Below are positions 61,150 to 64,000 of a stretch of DNA of 64,000 nt, in pieces (within the stretch, counting starts at the first letter, position 1; every line of letters begins with the position of its first letter). The notes below the pieces were generated by a model that saw only the letters and a program-made list of their open reading frames with translations, was not told the DNA's origin and did not search any database. Both the position numbers and the translations under genes were made by a program. Origin of the DNA: Felis catus (lineage: Eukaryota); assembly GCF_018350175.1 (NCBI RefSeq), contig NC_058368.1, positions 143,470,001-143,534,000 on the forward strand, given 5' to 3'.

Positions 61150-61810
61150 TTTTAGCTGTATTTTGAAGTATGACACACGTTCAGAAAAGTGCATCACAAG
61201 TTTATAGCATAATGAATTTTTTTCAAAGCCAATATAAGTGTGGACATGTAATATATGTATACCAAGAAAAAAAGCATTAGAGTAAGTGACTCCCAGTTAC
61301 TCTCACTTCCTTAAGTAACCTGAATCTGAAGTTAACCACGGATTAGTTTTCCCTGGTTTTGAACTTTGTATGAATGGAGTCACACAGTATTTGTTTTCTT
61401 TGTTTCCAGCTTCTTCTGTTCAACATTATATTTGTGAGGTTTATTCATGCTGTTGTATGTAGCATTATTTATTCATTCTCTTCATTGTATAGTAGTATAA
61501 TTTATAAATATACCATAATTTGCTTATTCATTTTGCTACTGATGGACATTTGAGTTGTTTCCAATTTGGGGCTGTTAAAAATAATACTGCAGTGAGTATC
61601 CTTGTACATATCTTCTAGTGAATATGTACACACTTTGTAGTGAAGATAGCTAGGAAAAGAACTGCTAGGCCATGACATATGTATGTTCAGCTTCAGTAGA
61701 TAGTGCTGAAGTCCAAAGTATGAAGTTACTTCCAAAGTAAAAAAGTTCCAATTTCCACTCTAACCAGCACTCATAAGAGTTTCAGCTGCTTCATATCCTT
61801 GCCAAGTATA
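61150..61810 (-). mobile_element. Old L1 (L1M-type) 3' fragment
   Basis: Minus-strand CSIIFNSPKLETTQMSISSKMNKQIMVY-type ORF2/3' UTR text. Confidence 0.75.
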
Positions 61811-63023
61811 TTCACATCATCGTGGGACCTGAACTTTTTTTTTTTTTTTTAGGATTGGAAGACACTATACTTTTACAAAGTGATTGTCATGCAATTCTTC
61901 TTATTGTTCACTCCCTAAATACTGAGTACATGCCTGAGTCTTAGTGATGATTCTCTCTCTTAAGGGAACAAAATTTACAATGAGTCAAGCTGGTTAATAT
62001 GAGGTTTTGGATTTTGAGATTATAATGAGGTCATCCTTTAGCAACTAAGCTTAAAGCTAATGTCATGCTTCATTTGAAATGTTAGGTTAAATTGGCTTTG
62101 GTCAATCAATGCTAGGTTTAAAAACTAAGAGAGAATGTGTGGGACGTTCTTGCTCCATTATGATAAATGCTGTGATACTCAAGGGTATTGCTGTGGACAA
62201 TAGGATGTGGAATTCAATCAGTCTGGCACAGTGCCCTCTACTTTGCAGAATGAAGAGAAAGCTGACAGTTGGATGAAGAAAGGCCTTGTGGAGGAAGTGT
62301 CATTAGAGCTGACCTTCAGGAGCAAGTTCAGTGTTACTGCAAGCAATCCTGGGGAAGTTATTACAGAAAGTGCAGAGGAGATCACTGGATCAGAGGTGAA
62401 AAGAACATGCGAGTGACCCTGAGGAAGCCAGCAACTAAGCTGCCCCAGAAGTCAGGAGTCTTTCAGTCTTTTCCGTGCTTAGAGCCTCATCAACCAAGAC
62501 AGGTGTGTGTGTGTGGGGGGGGGGGGGGGTGGATGACGGGGGAGGTTCCTCTCAATCCCCTGGCTTTAGTCTTGCTCAGCATTCTGGGGTGTGCTGGCTC
62601 AGGTCGAAGAAGCAGCACATACTAACTTCCTTCCAGCTGCCTTAGTCAGCTGAGCCAATTGCATTGAGTGCTTGACATCAAGGCTTCTCAAACAGAATCC
62701 TGTTGGAAGTAAGAAACACAGACAGATCTCTCCCCTCTTGTGTCTTGGCCTCTGGTAGGACATTTTCATAGATGGTGCTCATCTCCCAGTTGTGGTACTG
62801 GTGGTTGGGATAGTGATTACCTGTCTAGGTTGTGGCCTGGCTGGACTGAAGTCCCATCTACTAACTTGCCCCAGGGAGGAGCCAAGGCTCAGTCAGATAA
62901 AGCCTCTTCTCATTACACGGAGCATGTCACCCACCCCATCGGCCCAGTTCTACTGCTTTTGATGTCAGGGATGCAGACTTGGGCTGATTAGTCCATTCAA
63001 AGTAGATTGAAAAAAAAGTCCCT

Positions 63024-63415
63024 ATTTATTTAGTCAGGATTGTGTTTCAACAACAAAACCCTGAAAAGCTCTGAGGCTTCAAAGTTTATTTCTTATTTTT
63101 GCTATATGTCCATTATGGGTTGGATGTGGCTCTATCCCATCTTACCTTTACTCTGGGACCCATGCTGATGGAGCAGGGGGCCCTAACTGAAACATTGCTA
63201 TTTATCTCCTGGCAGAGAGGAGCTCAGTGAACCATCCATTAGCCCTTAAAACTTCTGCTGGGAAGTGATCCAAGGCTCTTCTGCCCAGTTCCATTGGCCA
63301 AAGTCAATCACATGGCTAAGTTTTCTCTAAGGGGTAAGGAAGGGATAATCCACCCCCCACCCCCACCCCCCGGGAGCAGCATGGAATATTTGTGAAAAAT
63401 GCTACAATATTCCAC
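63024..63415. mobile_element. MLT1-like LTR relic (another at ~60860-61140)
   Basis: AAAGTTTATTTCTT...CCATTGGCCAAAGTCAATCACATGGC pattern. Confidence 0.55.
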
Positions 63416-64000
63416 ATTTGGTCACCAAGGGAGGTATTCCTCAATTTCATCGTAAATTTACCTTAACTGACAGGTACTGGTGTGGTTTTTATTTACCATC
63501 TTTTAAAACGGTGGGAAAACCTGAGTGGTAAGTACCAATCTCCAGGTGATTGGTGAAGGTCATTCATTTTGGGTGAAGAGCTGAGAAATAACAGATTCAA
63601 AGCGTAGTGTGTGTTGTAGGTTGGAGGCATAGAGTAGGAGGCAAGATGGGGGGAGAGAGAGGCGCTTGAGTGTGGTGGGCCTTAGGCACCAAGGGTTTAG
63701 GATCATTCTTTAGGCAGTGAAGTTTCATTGAAGACTTCAGAGTGTTGGGATGCACACTCTTCCTGCCAAGAGCCCCGAAGACATTTATAAAGGATGAAAT
63801 GAAGGCTGGGTACTAGTTAGAAACCATCACTAAGAGAATAATGGTGAATTTGACTTCAGTTCCAGACAGATTTAAATTCAAGATCTGCCTTTGCAATGTC
63901 ATAGCCACATGATTCCAGGGAAGTTCCTCTACCTCTCTAAACCTTGGTTTGTTCCATGTAAGACGGAGATGATAATAGTATTGCCTTCCATGGTTTGCTG

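Noticed and set aside
62510..62545. Poly-G run, and C-runs at 63354-63371, as regulatory G-quadruplexes
   Set aside because: Simple homopolymer tracts outside any CpG island or recognisable promoter
50420..64000. A second gene downstream of CMYA5
   Set aside because: Only short ORFs, mostly within repeats; no coherent spliced frame or CpG island found, though a lncRNA cannot be excluded

Overview
Mammalian genomic DNA from a carnivore, most likely a felid given the young SINEC_Fc-type CanSINEs. Positions 1-~50,410 hold the 3' part of CMYA5 (myospryn/TRIM76) on the + strand. That covers the last 4.17 kb of the giant exon 2, then exons 3-13 (numbered by my recollection of the 13-exon human gene), which encode the B-box-like, coiled-coil, two FN3 and SPRY/B30.2 domains. 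All 11 introns are GT-AG, the phases join into one intact frame ending at TGA 49817-49819, and two AATAAA signals follow. The remaining sequence is intronic or intergenic, with about 15 CanSINEs, L1/L2/MIR fragments, hAT MITEs, LTR relics and simple repeats; I see no gene after ~50.4 kb. I find no wholly new system. The best leads are splicing features: a frame-shifting 23-nt microexon with an unusual acceptor, a candidate in-frame 27-nt microexon at 12395-12421, and a duplicated YFEKY motif in the disordered region. Repeat family names come from pattern recognition, not from a search.
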